From positions 323,446 to 355,445 of the forward strand of contig NZ_JHXR01000002.1 of NCBI RefSeq assembly GCF_000621645.1: a stretch of 32,000 bases of DNA, written 5' to 3'. Position 1 is the stretch's first letter. Each line of letters starts with the position of its first letter. Under the pieces are notes generated by a model. That model did not search any database, was not told where the DNA came from, and saw only the letters and a list, made by a program, of their open reading frames with translations. The translations under genes were made by a program, and so were the position numbers. Below, in pieces: positions 31,973-32,000 of the stretch. The DNA comes from Vibrio cholerae ATCC 14035 (GTDB lineage: Bacteria; Pseudomonadota; Gammaproteobacteria; Enterobacterales; Vibrionaceae).

Positions 31973-32000
31973 CTTTGTATCGCGACGGTGCGCAGAGCGC

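Noticed and set aside
1-32000. Search for mobile elements, integron attC (VCR) repeats, prophage genes, tRNA or rRNA
   Set aside because: I saw no transposase, integrase or phage-like ORFs, no terminal inverted repeats flanking a gene block, no repeated elements of about 120 bp, and no tRNA-like or rRNA-like sequence. The only dense repeats are the origin iterons.

Overview
The window reads as the replication-origin region of a Vibrio cholerae-type secondary chromosome (chromosome II); identification is by sequence and motif recall only, with no search run. The core at about 9.97-15.4 kb is the plasmid-like maintenance module. It comprises parB2 and parA2 (minus strand), a 1.2-kb non-coding oriCII region, and the initiator gene rctB (plus strand). 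The oriCII region holds a parS2 palindrome, two 39-mer-type sites, twelve GATC-centred 11/12-mer iterons (six in a 22-23 bp phased array), a perfect DnaA box and an AT-rich unwinding region. Two further perfect parS2 palindromes lie about 6 kb to either side of the origin.

Left of the origin are tmcA, an orphan PotD-like binding protein, and a tightly coupled seven-gene minus-strand operon. That operon encodes a delta-VPH 'thermostable hemolysin' family protein, an adenylate-forming enzyme, a heme-oxygenase-like diiron-type protein, an SDR, a secreted TPR-like protein and a QseBC/PmrAB-type two-component system. I consider it the best candidate for an uncharacterised small-molecule biosynthesis-plus-sensing system.

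Right of the origin are three small or hypothetical genes, a YebC-family regulator, a HIBADH-family dehydrogenase, an MCP, yibL, and a maltodextrin/glycogen cluster (malT divergent from malP-malQ, then glgB). A sigma-54 type -24/-12 promoter points out of the right edge. I saw no tRNA, rRNA, CRISPR array, IS element or integron attC repeat.
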